Made by a program: the position numbers and the translations under genes
Notes under the pieces: generated by a model
Database searches by the model: none
The model's input: only the letters and a program-made list of their open reading frames with translations
Told to the model about the DNA's origin: nothing
NCBI GenBank assembly: GCA_046484245.1
Contig: JAWOBN010000049.1
Span: 1-27,136, forward strand
Reading direction: 5' to 3'
Length of the DNA: 27,136 nt
From: a bacterium
GTDB taxonomy: Bacteria > Hydrothermota > 32-111
In this document: in pieces, positions 1 through 9,696 of the stretch
How positions within the stretch are numbered: the stretch's first letter is position 1
How the letters are laid out: every line of letters begins with the position of its first letter

Positions 1-2
1 CA

Positions 3-317
3 CCGAACAGGGAGACAGAGGCAATGAAGGACGGCAGTGATGCAATTGCAGACTGGCCTGTCCTCAATGCAATGCTCAATGTCGCCTCAGGGGCAACATG
101 GGTTTCAGTGCATCACGGCGGCGGTGTAGGCATAGGTTACTCCATTCATTCCGGACAGGTTGTACTTGCTGACGGTACAGACTCTCAGGGAGAAAAGATC
201 AGGACAGTACTCACCAATGACCCGGGCAGCGGTGTTATCAGGCATGCTGATGCGGGCTATGAGAAAGCTGTGAAAACAGCCCGTGAACATAAATTGAAGA
301 TCCCGATGATTGACTGA
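3..317 (+). CDS. hutU: Urocanate hydratase, C-terminal part (5' truncated by window edge)
   Basis: The frame is open from base 3 ([19 protein letters not shown]...[19 protein letters not shown]...[15 protein letters not shown]). These are diagnostic urocanase C-terminal motifs, and hutI follows. Confidence 0.97.
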   Translation, partial: PNRETEAMKDGSDAIADWPVLNAMLNVASGATWVSVHHGGGVGIGYSIHSGQVVLADGTDSQGEKIRTVLTNDPGSGVIRHADAGYEKAVKTAREHKLKIPMID

Positions 318-319
318 TT

Positions 320-1555
320 ATGCGGACAAAGATTATAAATATATCGCAGATAGCAGGATGCGCCACACGGGAGGGTTATATGCCTCTGGCAGGTACAGGC
401 ACGAGAGATCCTGTTATACCGGGCAACAGCATACTGATTGAAGACAGTACCATAACAAAAATAGGCATAGATCTGGATGACCCTGCAGAGAGGGTCATTG
501 ACGCGGAAAACTGTCTTGTCACCCCCGGTTTTACAGACAATCACACTCATCTTGTTTTCGGCGGCTCACGCGAGGATGAGTTTGAACAGAGGGCAATGGG
601 CGCAGGGTACAAGGAGATTGCGGAAAAAGGAGGGGGCATAAAGAGCAGTGTCCGGATGACGAGGGAAACTTCATTTGATGAAATGTATCAATCATCCCTC
701 AAATGGCTGAACCGCATGCTCAAACTCGGTGTGACTTCCATTGAAATAAAAAGCGGATACGGGCTGGATCTTGATACTGAGATGAAACAGCTCAGGGTCA
801 TTGAAAAACTCAAATCAGCATATCCGGGCAATATCAGGTCAACATTCCTCGGGGCTCACGAGATCCCTGCTGAATATAAAGACAGGAGAGATGATTATAT
901 AGAAAAACTGATAGAGGACATTATCCCCCATGTAGGGGAGTCCGGGCTTGCAGATTATATAGATGTATTCTGTGAGAAGGGTGTTTATTCTGCAGCTGAA
1001 TCAATGAAAATCCTCAGAAGGGGTATGGAGTACGGCATGAAACCCCGTCTCCATGCTGATGAAATAGATACATCGGGAGGCAGCGGCGTTGCAGCTGCAA
1101 TAGGCGCATTATCCGTTGACCATATGAATGTGCCTGACAGGAATGATCTCAGTGAACTTGCAGACAATAAAACTGTTATTACCCTCCTGCCTGCAACCAA
1201 TTTCCTGCTCAAAGTGAAGAAGATGCCTCCTGTGGAGGATATGCGCAGGCACGGGAATATCATTGCGGTCTCAACGGATTTCAACCCGGGTTCTTCACCT
1301 GTTATATCCCTGATGCTTTCAGCAACAATAGGCATGATAAATTATTCACTGCTTCCTGTTGAACTGATATATGCTGTTACACTCAATCCGGCTTATTCCC
1401 TTGAACTGGGTGAAACTGCCGGGTCGGTTCAGGCAGGCAGAAAAGCTAATCTGCTTGTCCATGATATACACAATTACAAACAGCTCTTCTATTTCTTCGG
1501 CATGAATACAGTGAAAACTGTAATAATAGGGGATGATATCATTGAATCTTGCTGA
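320..1555 (+). CDS. hutI: Imidazolonepropionase (amidohydrolase)
   Basis: Motifs TPGFTDNHTHLVFGGSREDEF, EIKSGYGL, TFLGAH, DVFCEKG, LHADE and STDFNPGSSP; adjacent to hutU. Confidence 0.96.
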   Translation: MRTKIINISQIAGCATREGYMPLAGTGTRDPVIPGNSILIEDSTITKIGIDLDDPAERVIDAENCLVTPGFTDNHTHLVFGGSREDEFEQRAMGAGYKEIAEKGGGIKSSVRMTRETSFDEMYQSSLKWLNRMLKLGVTSIEIKSGYGLDLDTEMKQLRVIEKLKSAYPGNIRSTFLGAHEIPAEYKDRRDDYIEKLIEDIIPHVGESGLADYIDVFCEKGVYSAAESMKILRRGMEYGMKPRLHADEIDTSGGSGVAAAIGALSVDHMNVPDRNDLSELADNKTVITLLPATNFLLKVKKMPPVEDMRRHGNIIAVSTDFNPGSSPVISLMLSATIGMINYSLLPVELIYAVTLNPAYSLELGETAGSVQAGRKANLLVHDIHNYKQLFYFFGMNTVKTVIIGDDIIESC

Positions 1556-2330
1556 ATTCAATCATTATCTCAAAAACTCCCTCCCGGAGGACCATGAATC
1601 AGCCCGCGGGGCGCTCATAGGATTATTCAGGGAAAAGAGGTACAGTGATTACACAGCTGCATCTGCTGTACTGTATATGCTGAAGGATTATGCGCAGAAC
1701 AGCCCTGAGGTTCATTATCATCTTTTCAGGCATCTAAATGCACTGAAGCTGGCGGAGGCTGCTCTAATTGAGATAATGGCAATAATTGACAAAAGCAGTT
1801 TCATTAAGTCAATGATAGAGGATTTTCCTCTTAAAGAGGACAAGGATGCGGAGACCATTATAATCTCGGGTAATACGGATAAGCTCAGACAGCATATAAT
1901 GGCGAGGGCAGAGGGCAGCAGGAAGACAGCTGCGCGCAATTATCAGGTGCTGGCATCATATCTTATCAATATTGACCTCTCAAAATCCATGGAGATGTTC
2001 AATTATGCAGTCAAGTACTCAAATCAGTCAATTATCGGCAGGGTTGTACTTAAATATGCAGACAATCTGCTCAGTGAGGGCTACAGGAACAATGCTGTCA
2101 ATGTGCTTCAGCATTTTGCCGGCAGTGGCAGTGTGTCCACACCCATAATATACAAATTGGCAGTCCTCCTGGAAGACAGCAGGCCCCGGGAGGCATTGAA
2201 GCTTTACAGGAGGATAATTGACAAACACGGTGATTATCTTGATATTGAAGAGAGGATTAACAGTTTGACAAATGATGAAAATAAGTGTAAAATTAATAAT
2301 CAGGACAATGATAATATTGATTTCACATAA
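1533..2330 (+). CDS. TPR-like helical protein; C-terminus resembles the last TPRs of the 3215-5311 protein
   Basis: 265 aa helical ORF overlapping the hutI end. IIYKLAVLLEDSRPREALKLYRRIIDKHGDYLDIEERINSL is TPR-like. Confidence 0.6.
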   Translation: MISLNLAEFNHYLKNSLPEDHESARGALIGLFREKRYSDYTAASAVLYMLKDYAQNSPEVHYHLFRHLNALKLAEAALIEIMAIIDKSSFIKSMIEDFPLKEDKDAETIIISGNTDKLRQHIMARAEGSRKTAARNYQVLASYLINIDLSKSMEMFNYAVKYSNQSIIGRVVLKYADNLLSEGYRNNAVNVLQHFAGSGSVSTPIIYKLAVLLEDSRPREALKLYRRIIDKHGDYLDIEERINSLTNDENKCKINNQDNDNIDFT

Positions 2331-2342
2331 GTGAGGGTATCT

Positions 2343-3188
2343 ATGGACTATGAAGGCTATTTTAGGCTGAACACTGAACCTTTTGCCAATGTTCCGGATA
2401 CACGGTTCTTCTACAATTCCAGACAGCATAAAATGGCATTGCTGAGAATGATTCACTCTGCTGAAAGGATGAGGGGCTTTGCCCTTCTTGTCGGACAGGT
2501 CGGCACAGGCAAAACAACAGTATCCCGCAAACTGCTTTCCTATCTCTCCGCCAAGGAGGAGTTCAAGACAGGCATGATTGTACTGACACATGAGGATTTT
2601 ACAGAGGAGTGGCTGTACAGCAGAATAGGAAGAATGGTGGGCATCAAGGATGAAGACAAGATCAGTAAAGATCCGATGAAAGCTATTACATCTCAGCTTC
2701 TCAAACTGGACAGAGCAGGCAAGAAAACAGTGCTCATTATTGATGAAGCCAACAAGATATCGGATGCCAGGGTCATTGAACAGATAAGAGGCTTTCTCAA
2801 CCTTGAATTGAAAGACAGGAGGATAATAACCTTCATACTGGTCGGGGTCCCGGAACTTGAAGAGCACCTCAATCAGAATGAGTCCATAACACAGAGAATT
2901 GCTACAAGGGCTTACCTGAAACCACTGACAAGGGAACAGACAGAGGGATATATCAAGCACAGGCTCAATGTGGCAGGTGCTGATGCAGGTCTCTTTACAA
3001 ATAGGGCAATTGATGCAATATTCAATTACTCCGGAGGCAGACCGAGGCTCATAAACAATATATGCGACAATGCGCTCCTTGAAGCAGCATATCTTGAACA
3101 GATGCCTATAAATGCCGATATGACCGAAGAGGTCTGTGAGTCCATAGGACTGAAGAAACAGTTGACTTCATATCAGAGAGAATTATAA
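2343..3188 (+). CDS. ExeA/GspA-like AAA+ ATPase (copy 1)
   Basis: N-terminal YFRLNTEPF..PD.RFFY, Walker A GQVGTGKTT, Walker B IIDEAN, LVGVPEL and SGGRPRLINNICDNALL. ATG 2343 was chosen for its GAGGG SD and its alignment with copy 2; GTG 2331 is the alternative. Confidence 0.9.
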   Translation: MDYEGYFRLNTEPFANVPDTRFFYNSRQHKMALLRMIHSAERMRGFALLVGQVGTGKTTVSRKLLSYLSAKEEFKTGMIVLTHEDFTEEWLYSRIGRMVGIKDEDKISKDPMKAITSQLLKLDRAGKKTVLIIDEANKISDARVIEQIRGFLNLELKDRRIITFILVGVPELEEHLNQNESITQRIATRAYLKPLTREQTEGYIKHRLNVAGADAGLFTNRAIDAIFNYSGGRPRLINNICDNALLEAAYLEQMPINADMTEEVCESIGLKKQLTSYQREL

Positions 3189-3214
3189 TCAAAGATTAAT
3201 AATCAGGAGCATAA

Positions 3215-5311
3215 TTGGCATCAATAAAAGATGTAAAAGCAAAAGCACAGCAATTCCTCTCCAAGGGTAATTATCAGAAGGCACTGAAATATTATCAGGC
3301 AATAATTGACAAACTTGAGGAGAAGAACACCCCGGATATCACCCTCTATAACAAGGTGGGTGATATATACCTTTCCAAGATGGACAATAAGGATGTTGCA
3401 ATTGAGAATTTCCGGAAGGCAATGTATCTCTATGACAAGGACTCCCTCTATCCCAATGCCATTGCAATGGCCAAGAAGATTCTGAAGACAGATTCCAATC
3501 AGATAGAGATGTACAGGAAGATAGGCGAGTTCAACAGGGAACAGGGGCTTGTGGGTGAGGCATTGAACAATTTCATCAATTTTGCCGAGAAATCACTGCA
3601 GAATGGTGACAGGAAAGCTGCAATAGAAGCATTCAAGGACACTCTTGATATGATGCCGGAGAGAATTGAGATAAAGGAGAAGCTTGTTGACCTGTATATT
3701 CAGGAAGAGGAGCTGGAGAAAGCAATAGAAATACTGAAGGAGATAGAGGGGCATTATGTCAAACGCAATGACATGGAGCAGGCAGCACTGATAAGGCAGA
3801 AAATTACAAAATATTCCAAACAGGCGGGTATTGACACGAAACCCAAGGAGAAGCCTCAAGCTGCGGAAAAACCTCCTGAGGAAGAGACTCCTTCAGAAGA
3901 GGAGATAGACATAGAGGATTTTGATATGTCCGACCTGGTTGATAATCTCACTCAGGAATTGGATGAATCATTCTCAGAGGAAGAAGAGAAGGCGCCTGCT
4001 TCACCTGAGGCAAGTGCACCGGAGCCGGAGACTGCAGCACCGCAGGAAGAAGAAACCCAAACCCCGGGCAGTGATGAAAGTGAGATATATCTTCAGTATG
4101 TGCAGATGGGGGAATTGTCCGAGAATTATGATGCCAATGAAGCAGCTAATTTCTACTATCAGGCAGCAGAGGGATATACTTCAATTGAAGAGTATGACCA
4201 TGCGATTGATGCTTACAGGAAAATTGTCAGTCTCAAAGAGAATGAGATGAAGGCGCATAAGGCAATAATTGATCTGTCAATAAAGACCTCACAGCCCTCA
4301 AAAGCAGTGGATTCATATATATATCTGGCCAAAGAGAGTATTGACAGGGAACCTGAAAAGGCAATGAAGCTTATAGACACAGTTCTTGCCGCTGACCCCG
4401 CAAATCAGGAGGCAATTGCCCTTAAGGGGCGCTTGTCCAAGCCTGAACCTGCGCCCAAACCTGCAGAACCTGCCAAAGAGCCGGAGCAGCCGGCCCAGGC
4501 AGAATCAAGTGAGACGGATTTCCTCAGTGAATTCAAGGAAGAGATCACAGAGGATATTTCCGGGGATGATCTGATGAAGGAATCAGAGGATATGACTGCA
4601 AGGGATATTGTCAATGGCAAGAATGAGGGCAAGAAGCCCAAATTCAGCATTGAACAGGATTCCAATGAAGAGGGTGATGAAGTATGGTCTCTCAATGAGC
4701 TCCTTGATGAATTGAAAGAGGGTGTCAATGAGAATCTTTCTGATGAAGATGTATCCAGTCATTATGATCTCGGTGTGAGTTTCAAGGAGATGGGGCTTCA
4801 TGACATGGCAATAGAGGAATTGAAGAAATCAGTTGCAAATCCCGAGTACAAGCTCAAGTCAATGGAGATGCTGGGGCAGTGTTATTTTGAGAAGAATGAT
4901 CTGGAGACAGCTGAACATACGCTTATAGAGGCAATGTCAATCAAGGGCAAGAAACCCGAGGAGTATCTCGGAATCAAGTACACGCTTGCAAGAATATATG
5001 AGAGCAAGCAGATGCTTGAGCAGGCATTGAAGATGATGACACAGATCAAACAGACTGATGCGTCATTCAAGAACATTGATAAGCATATTGCCCTTATAAA
5101 GGAGGCAATGGAGAAGAAAGCCCGGGCAGAAAAAGTGCAGGAGGAGAAGCCTGCTGCAGCAGCCGAGACCCCTGATAACGGCATGGTTGATTTTTCGGCA
5201 TTACTCAAGGACGAGGATATTTCAGAAGAGGATGAAAGTGAATTTGACGATATTGAGATTGACCTGGATGATGATGATGATAATAAATCAAAGAATATAA
5301 GTTATATGTAA
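3215..5311 (+). CDS. Large multi-TPR protein with acidic/Pro-rich linkers, SgmX-like
   Basis: TTG start after AGGAG. Three TPR blocks are separated by acidic linkers. The C-terminal block has SHYDLGVSFKEMGLHDMAIEE and the protein ends KNISYM. Confidence 0.8.
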   Translation: MASIKDVKAKAQQFLSKGNYQKALKYYQAIIDKLEEKNTPDITLYNKVGDIYLSKMDNKDVAIENFRKAMYLYDKDSLYPNAIAMAKKILKTDSNQIEMYRKIGEFNREQGLVGEALNNFINFAEKSLQNGDRKAAIEAFKDTLDMMPERIEIKEKLVDLYIQEEELEKAIEILKEIEGHYVKRNDMEQAALIRQKITKYSKQAGIDTKPKEKPQAAEKPPEEETPSEEEIDIEDFDMSDLVDNLTQELDESFSEEEEKAPASPEASAPEPETAAPQEEETQTPGSDESEIYLQYVQMGELSENYDANEAANFYYQAAEGYTSIEEYDHAIDAYRKIVSLKENEMKAHKAIIDLSIKTSQPSKAVDSYIYLAKESIDREPEKAMKLIDTVLAADPANQEAIALKGRLSKPEPAPKPAEPAKEPEQPAQAESSETDFLSEFKEEITEDISGDDLMKESEDMTARDIVNGKNEGKKPKFSIEQDSNEEGDEVWSLNELLDELKEGVNENLSDEDVSSHYDLGVSFKEMGLHDMAIEELKKSVANPEYKLKSMEMLGQCYFEKNDLETAEHTLIEAMSIKGKKPEEYLGIKYTLARIYESKQMLEQALKMMTQIKQTDASFKNIDKHIALIKEAMEKKARAEKVQEEKPAAAAETPDNGMVDFSALLKDEDISEEDESEFDDIEIDLDDDDDNKSKNISYM

Positions 5312-5312
5312 T

Positions 5313-6128
5313 ATGAATTACAGGGATTATTTCAAATTCAAGATATCACCATTCTCCACAGCACCGGATGACAGGTTTTACTATAACAGCCCCAATCATT
5401 CCAAGGCTGTGACTAAGATGATACATGCTGCTGAAGAGAGGAGAGGCCTGGCAGTGCTTATCGGTGATATCGGAACAGGAAAGACAACACTGTCCAGAAA
5501 ACTGCTTGATTATTTTGCATCAAGGAAAGAATACAAGATATCACTGCTTGTTATAATCCACTCTGAAATAACTGCTCACTGGCTTCTTAAAAGGATTGCG
5601 CTTCAGCTCGGAGCAGATGTTGAGAGTGAAGACAAGATGAATCTCATACAGCTTGTTTATAAACGGCTTGACCTGTACAACCGCAAAGGCAAGAAGGTTG
5701 TTGTTATGATAGATGAAGCCAATATGCTGAAGAGCAGGGAGATAATGGAGGAGTTCAGGGGGCTTCTGAATATGCAGAATGAAAATGGGCATATGATGAC
5801 ATTCCTCATGTTCGGCATGCCTGAACTGGAAGTGAATCTGAAACTCGATCCGCCCCTATATGAAAGAATTAGCATAAAACAGTTCCTCAGACCGCTTGAT
5901 ATTGCATCAACAAAGAATTATATCAATCACCGGCTTGCTGTTGCAGGCAGACAGGAGCCGTTATTCACAGATCAGGCAATTGAAATAATACACCAGTATT
6001 CCAAAGGTAAACCCCGTCTTATAAATATTGTCTGCGACAATGCCCTTCTTGAGGCATTCCTTGAGAAGAAACAGTTCATTGATCCTGAAATAATCAAGCA
6101 GACAGCCGGGGATCTCGGTTTTACATGA
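5313..6128 (+). CDS. ExeA/GspA-like AAA+ ATPase (copy 2)
   Basis: YFKFKISPF..PDDRFYY, Walker A GDIGTGKTT, Walker B MIDEAN, SKGKPRLINIVCDNALL. Confidence 0.9.
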   Translation: MNYRDYFKFKISPFSTAPDDRFYYNSPNHSKAVTKMIHAAEERRGLAVLIGDIGTGKTTLSRKLLDYFASRKEYKISLLVIIHSEITAHWLLKRIALQLGADVESEDKMNLIQLVYKRLDLYNRKGKKVVVMIDEANMLKSREIMEEFRGLLNMQNENGHMMTFLMFGMPELEVNLKLDPPLYERISIKQFLRPLDIASTKNYINHRLAVAGRQEPLFTDQAIEIIHQYSKGKPRLINIVCDNALLEAFLEKKQFIDPEIIKQTAGDLGFT

Positions 6129-6916
6129 CCAAAGTAATCTCAGACCTGCATTTACATTCAATCTTCTCGGATGGTGTTCTCTCAGCAGAGGATATCGCCA
6201 GATTGATGAAGGAAATGAATATTCAGTTCGCTTCAATCACTGATCATGACACAGTTACTATCACTGACAATGAAATGACAACCTTTATAACAGGTGCTGA
6301 ATTCTCATGTCTCATGGACAGCATGCAGATACATGTTCTGGGATATTTCAAGGAAATTGATGAAATTGAAAAGGAATTTGAGTCAAAGAGGAAACGCAGA
6401 TTCACTAGGGCTTTGGACATGGTAGAATGTCTCAAGCAGCACGGTGTTTCAATTACACGGGAAGAACTGGAATCAGAGACAGGTGATTCAAGGGCACCGG
6501 GGAGACCGCATATAGCAAGAATCATGCTGAGAAAGGGCTATGTCAGAAACATGAATGCTGCATTTGACAGATATATTGGTGATGATTCCCCGTGCTACGT
6601 GCCGAAGGAATATTTTACTGTAAGCAGAGCAGCTGAACTGATAAAGGCAAACAGGGGCATACCGGTACTGGCTCATCCATTTGAATCAGGTGTTGAGAAT
6701 ATGCTCGGAAAGATTATGTCCTGCGGACTGGAAGGCATTGAGGTGTTCACTTCAAAGAATACCCCTATGCAGAGGGAGTATCTCAGGGACTACTGCAAGT
6801 CAAATGATTATCTTATGACAGGCGGCACTGATTTTCACGGTTACGGGCAGTATGTCAAGACAGGTCTCAACAGGGAATTGACTGATAAATTCATTGAAAG
6901 ATGGAGGCAGTTATGA
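6125..6916 (+). CDS. PHP-domain phosphoesterase (TrpH/YciV family)
   Basis: DLHLHSIFSDG, ITDHD, GAEFS, IHVLGY, GRPHIA, LAHP and TGGTDFHG; ATGA overlap with the upstream gene. Confidence 0.92.
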   Translation: MTKVISDLHLHSIFSDGVLSAEDIARLMKEMNIQFASITDHDTVTITDNEMTTFITGAEFSCLMDSMQIHVLGYFKEIDEIEKEFESKRKRRFTRALDMVECLKQHGVSITREELESETGDSRAPGRPHIARIMLRKGYVRNMNAAFDRYIGDDSPCYVPKEYFTVSRAAELIKANRGIPVLAHPFESGVENMLGKIMSCGLEGIEVFTSKNTPMQREYLRDYCKSNDYLMTGGTDFHGYGQYVKTGLNRELTDKFIERWRQL

Positions 6917-8121
6917 AACCCCTTATTGACAGTTTAACAAAACTCAATGACAGTAAGATGCTTCTTGTGGTACTTGACGGTTTAGGCGGTCTGCCTTCAG
7001 CTGACCATGACAATAAAACGGAACTCGGATATGCCGATACACCGAATATGGATGAAATGGCGCGCATGTATGAAATAGGCCTTCATATACCTGTTGAAAC
7101 AGGTATAACTCCCGGAAGCGGACCGGGACATCTCTCTGTATTCGGTTATGACCCGCATACACATATAATAGGAAGGGGCATACTGGAGGCATTGGGCATT
7201 GACGTGGAGGTTGACAGCGGGTCTGTTACAGCACGGTGCAATTTTGCGACAATTGACAGCAACGGCAGGATACAGGACAGGAGAGCCGGCCGGATATCCA
7301 CCCGGAAGAATCAAGAATTATGCGAGAAACTCTCCGGGAGTATTGACACAATTGACGGGTATGCTGTTGAATTCCACAGCGGGAAGGAACACAGATTCGT
7401 CTTTGTTATAAGGGGTATTGAATGCAGTGGTGACATATCGGATACAGATCCGCAGGAAACAGGTGTCAAACCGCTTGATGCAGAGCCGTCAGGCGATAAT
7501 GCCGCCAAGACAGCTGCAGTAATCAATAAGGCGGCCGGTATGATAGGTGAAATCCTGAAGGATGAAGAGAAAGCGAACTATGCTCTATTCAGGGGCGTCT
7601 CCACATATCCGGATATTGACACAATGGAGGAAAGATTCAAGATAAATCCGGCCTGTATTGCAACATATCCGATGTACAAGGGCCTGGCAAAGCTTGTAGG
7701 CATGGATATACTTGATGGAGGCTCAACATTGAGCGATGAGTTCAATGCACTTTCGGAAAATTATGAAGATTATGACTATTTCTTTCTTCATGTGAAGAAA
7801 ACCGATTCCTATGGCGAGGACGGTGACTTTGACTCCAAGGTTAAGGTAATAGAGGAGTTTGACAAAAATCTCCCCTCACTGATGAAACATTCTTTTGATG
7901 TGATTGCAATTACAGGTGACCATTCAACACCTGCATTGATGAAATCACATTCAAGTCACAAGGTTCCTCTTCTTCTGATACATAAGTATGCTCGTCATAA
8001 CAATGTGAAAGGGTTTTCCGAGATAGAATGCATCAATGGTGCTATCGGGACAATTTACGGCAAGCATATAATAAACCTGATGCTGGATGCAGCAGGCAGA
8101 TTGAAGAAATTCGGAGCATAG
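6913..8121 (+). CDS. apgM: 2,3-bisphosphoglycerate-independent phosphoglycerate mutase, archaeal type
   Basis: VLDGLGG, TPNMD, TPGSGPGHLSVFGYDP, GRGILEALG, DRRAGRI, HVKKTDSYGEDG and TGDHSTP. Start 6913 has a GGAGG SD and an ATGA overlap. Confidence 0.93.
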   Translation: MKPLIDSLTKLNDSKMLLVVLDGLGGLPSADHDNKTELGYADTPNMDEMARMYEIGLHIPVETGITPGSGPGHLSVFGYDPHTHIIGRGILEALGIDVEVDSGSVTARCNFATIDSNGRIQDRRAGRISTRKNQELCEKLSGSIDTIDGYAVEFHSGKEHRFVFVIRGIECSGDISDTDPQETGVKPLDAEPSGDNAAKTAAVINKAAGMIGEILKDEEKANYALFRGVSTYPDIDTMEERFKINPACIATYPMYKGLAKLVGMDILDGGSTLSDEFNALSENYEDYDYFFLHVKKTDSYGEDGDFDSKVKVIEEFDKNLPSLMKHSFDVIAITGDHSTPALMKSHSSHKVPLLLIHKYARHNNVKGFSEIECINGAIGTIYGKHIINLMLDAAGRLKKFGA

Positions 8122-8988
8122 ATGAAATCAGGATATGTTACTATAGCAGGCAGGCCCAATACAGGCAAATCCACACTCCTGAACCGCATACTGGACATCA
8201 AACTCTCTGCAGTAACGCATAAGGCACAGACCACAAGAAGCAGAATACTCGGTATTTACAATGATGAGAATACTCAGATAGTGTTCTTTGACACACCGGG
8301 AATGATTAAACCGGAGAATTCACTGCAGTCAAGGATGGTGAAGGATATTGACAGATCAGTAAGTGACTGTGATTTGCTTATACTTATGACTGATGACATA
8401 AATTACATGAATGATTATTCATACATAACAAAGGGCAAGCAAAACTTTTTTGTTGTACTCAATAAGACAGACAGAATGGACGAGGGAGCAAGGGAGAATG
8501 CATTGAAGGAACTTGCCGGCAAGTACAGCCAAGCCTCGGAAGTGATCCCGCTCTCTGCACTGAAGGGTGATAATATTGACCTGCTTATGGATAAAATACG
8601 CGGTTATCTGCCCCATGATCATCTCTTCTATCCTGAGGATTATCTCACGGACAAACCGGAGAGATTCTTTGTATCCGAGCTGATAAGAGAGCAGGTCTTT
8701 CTCCTTTACGGGCAGGAGCTTCCCTACAGTTCCGGTGTTGTTGTTGAGGAATTCAGGGAGAGGGAGGATGCAAAGACATATATCAGGGTCAATATATATG
8801 TTGAAAGGAATTCCCAGAAAGGCATAATTATTGGTGCAGGAGGAAAGAAGATAAGGGCACTCGGCATCAAGGCAAGGAAGAGTATAGAGGAATTTCTCGG
8901 CAGGAAGATATATCTTGATTTGAATGTTAAATACAAGAAGAACTGGAAGAACAACCTTCCCCTTCTTGAAAGAATGTGGAACATATAA
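8122..8988 (+). CDS. era: GTPase Era
   Basis: GRPNTGKST, QTTR, DTPG, NKTD, SAL; KH domain with ELPYS and SQKGIIIGAGG. Confidence 0.97.
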   Translation: MKSGYVTIAGRPNTGKSTLLNRILDIKLSAVTHKAQTTRSRILGIYNDENTQIVFFDTPGMIKPENSLQSRMVKDIDRSVSDCDLLILMTDDINYMNDYSYITKGKQNFFVVLNKTDRMDEGARENALKELAGKYSQASEVIPLSALKGDNIDLLMDKIRGYLPHDHLFYPEDYLTDKPERFFVSELIREQVFLLYGQELPYSSGVVVEEFREREDAKTYIRVNIYVERNSQKGIIIGAGGKKIRALGIKARKSIEEFLGRKIYLDLNVKYKKNWKNNLPLLERMWNI

Positions 8989-9000
8989 CAGGAGGTAGAT

Positions 9001-9645
9001 TTGAAGAGAATCATCTTGATAATCACAATTTCATTGCTGCTCATGGGATGCAGCGGAGAATCGGAGAATGCTGAAAATACTAAAGAGAGAGGAGAAGAAA
9101 TGACTGAAAAGAAGGAAGATGTCAAAACTGATTTTGAAGAACCAATTGCACTGTGGATATGGCAGAATGATGAGGGAACCCGGGAGGATACAATTGTTGT
9201 GAGATTTTACAGTGATGCAGCCCCCAATCATGTTGAGAATTTCATTAAATTATCACAGAATGGATTCTACAGCGGCAATAAGATATTCAGGGTTGTGCCT
9301 GATTTTGTTATACAGACAGGAAGTCCCACGGATGAGCCGACAGGCGGTCCCGGATACAATATTGACGAGGAGTTCAATCCGATCAAGCATATCAAGGGTA
9401 CGCTTGCAATGGCGCGTGCGCAGGATCCCAACAGTGCAGGCTCACAGTACTACTTTGCATTGAAGGCATTGCCCAATCTGGATAATAATTATACTGTATT
9501 CGGCCAGGCAATAGAGAATGCAGAGCTGCTTGAGAATATCAAAAAGGGCGATTATGTCAAAGAAGTGAAGATTGTTGAAGCATCTGAGTATTATGGGGAA
9601 GATTACTCTAAGAAAATAGAGCAGCTGGATGCACATAATAATTAA
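9001..9645 (+). CDS. Cyclophilin-type peptidyl-prolyl isomerase, predicted lipoprotein
   Basis: TTG start after AGGAGG; lipobox LLMG-C; APNHVENF, FRVVPDFVIQTG, GTLAMAR, SAGSQY and LDNNYTVFGQ. Confidence 0.92.
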   Translation: MKRIILIITISLLLMGCSGESENAENTKERGEEMTEKKEDVKTDFEEPIALWIWQNDEGTREDTIVVRFYSDAAPNHVENFIKLSQNGFYSGNKIFRVVPDFVIQTGSPTDEPTGGPGYNIDEEFNPIKHIKGTLAMARAQDPNSAGSQYYFALKALPNLDNNYTVFGQAIENAELLENIKKGDYVKEVKIVEASEYYGEDYSKKIEQLDAHNN

Positions 9646-9651
9646 AAACTA

Positions 9652-9679
9652 TTGAATTAATCTGCTTTTTTTATATAAT
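9652..9679 (+). promoter_or_regulatory. Putative sigma70-type promoter for the MCP gene
   Basis: TTGAAT(9652-9657)-N16-TATAAT(9674-9679), followed by an AGGAG SD and ATG 9697. Confidence 0.55.
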
Positions 9680-9696
9680 AGACAAAAAGGAGCATA

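Noticed and set aside
2028..2960. 310-aa minus-strand ORF and other antisense ORFs (e.g. 11939-12520, 13770-14231, 16664-17149)
   Set aside because: These are shadows of well-supported + strand genes and have no recognisable motifs.
3840..4520. P/E/A-rich quasi-repeats in the large TPR gene
   Set aside because: Ordinary low-complexity linkers with no regular DNA periodicity.
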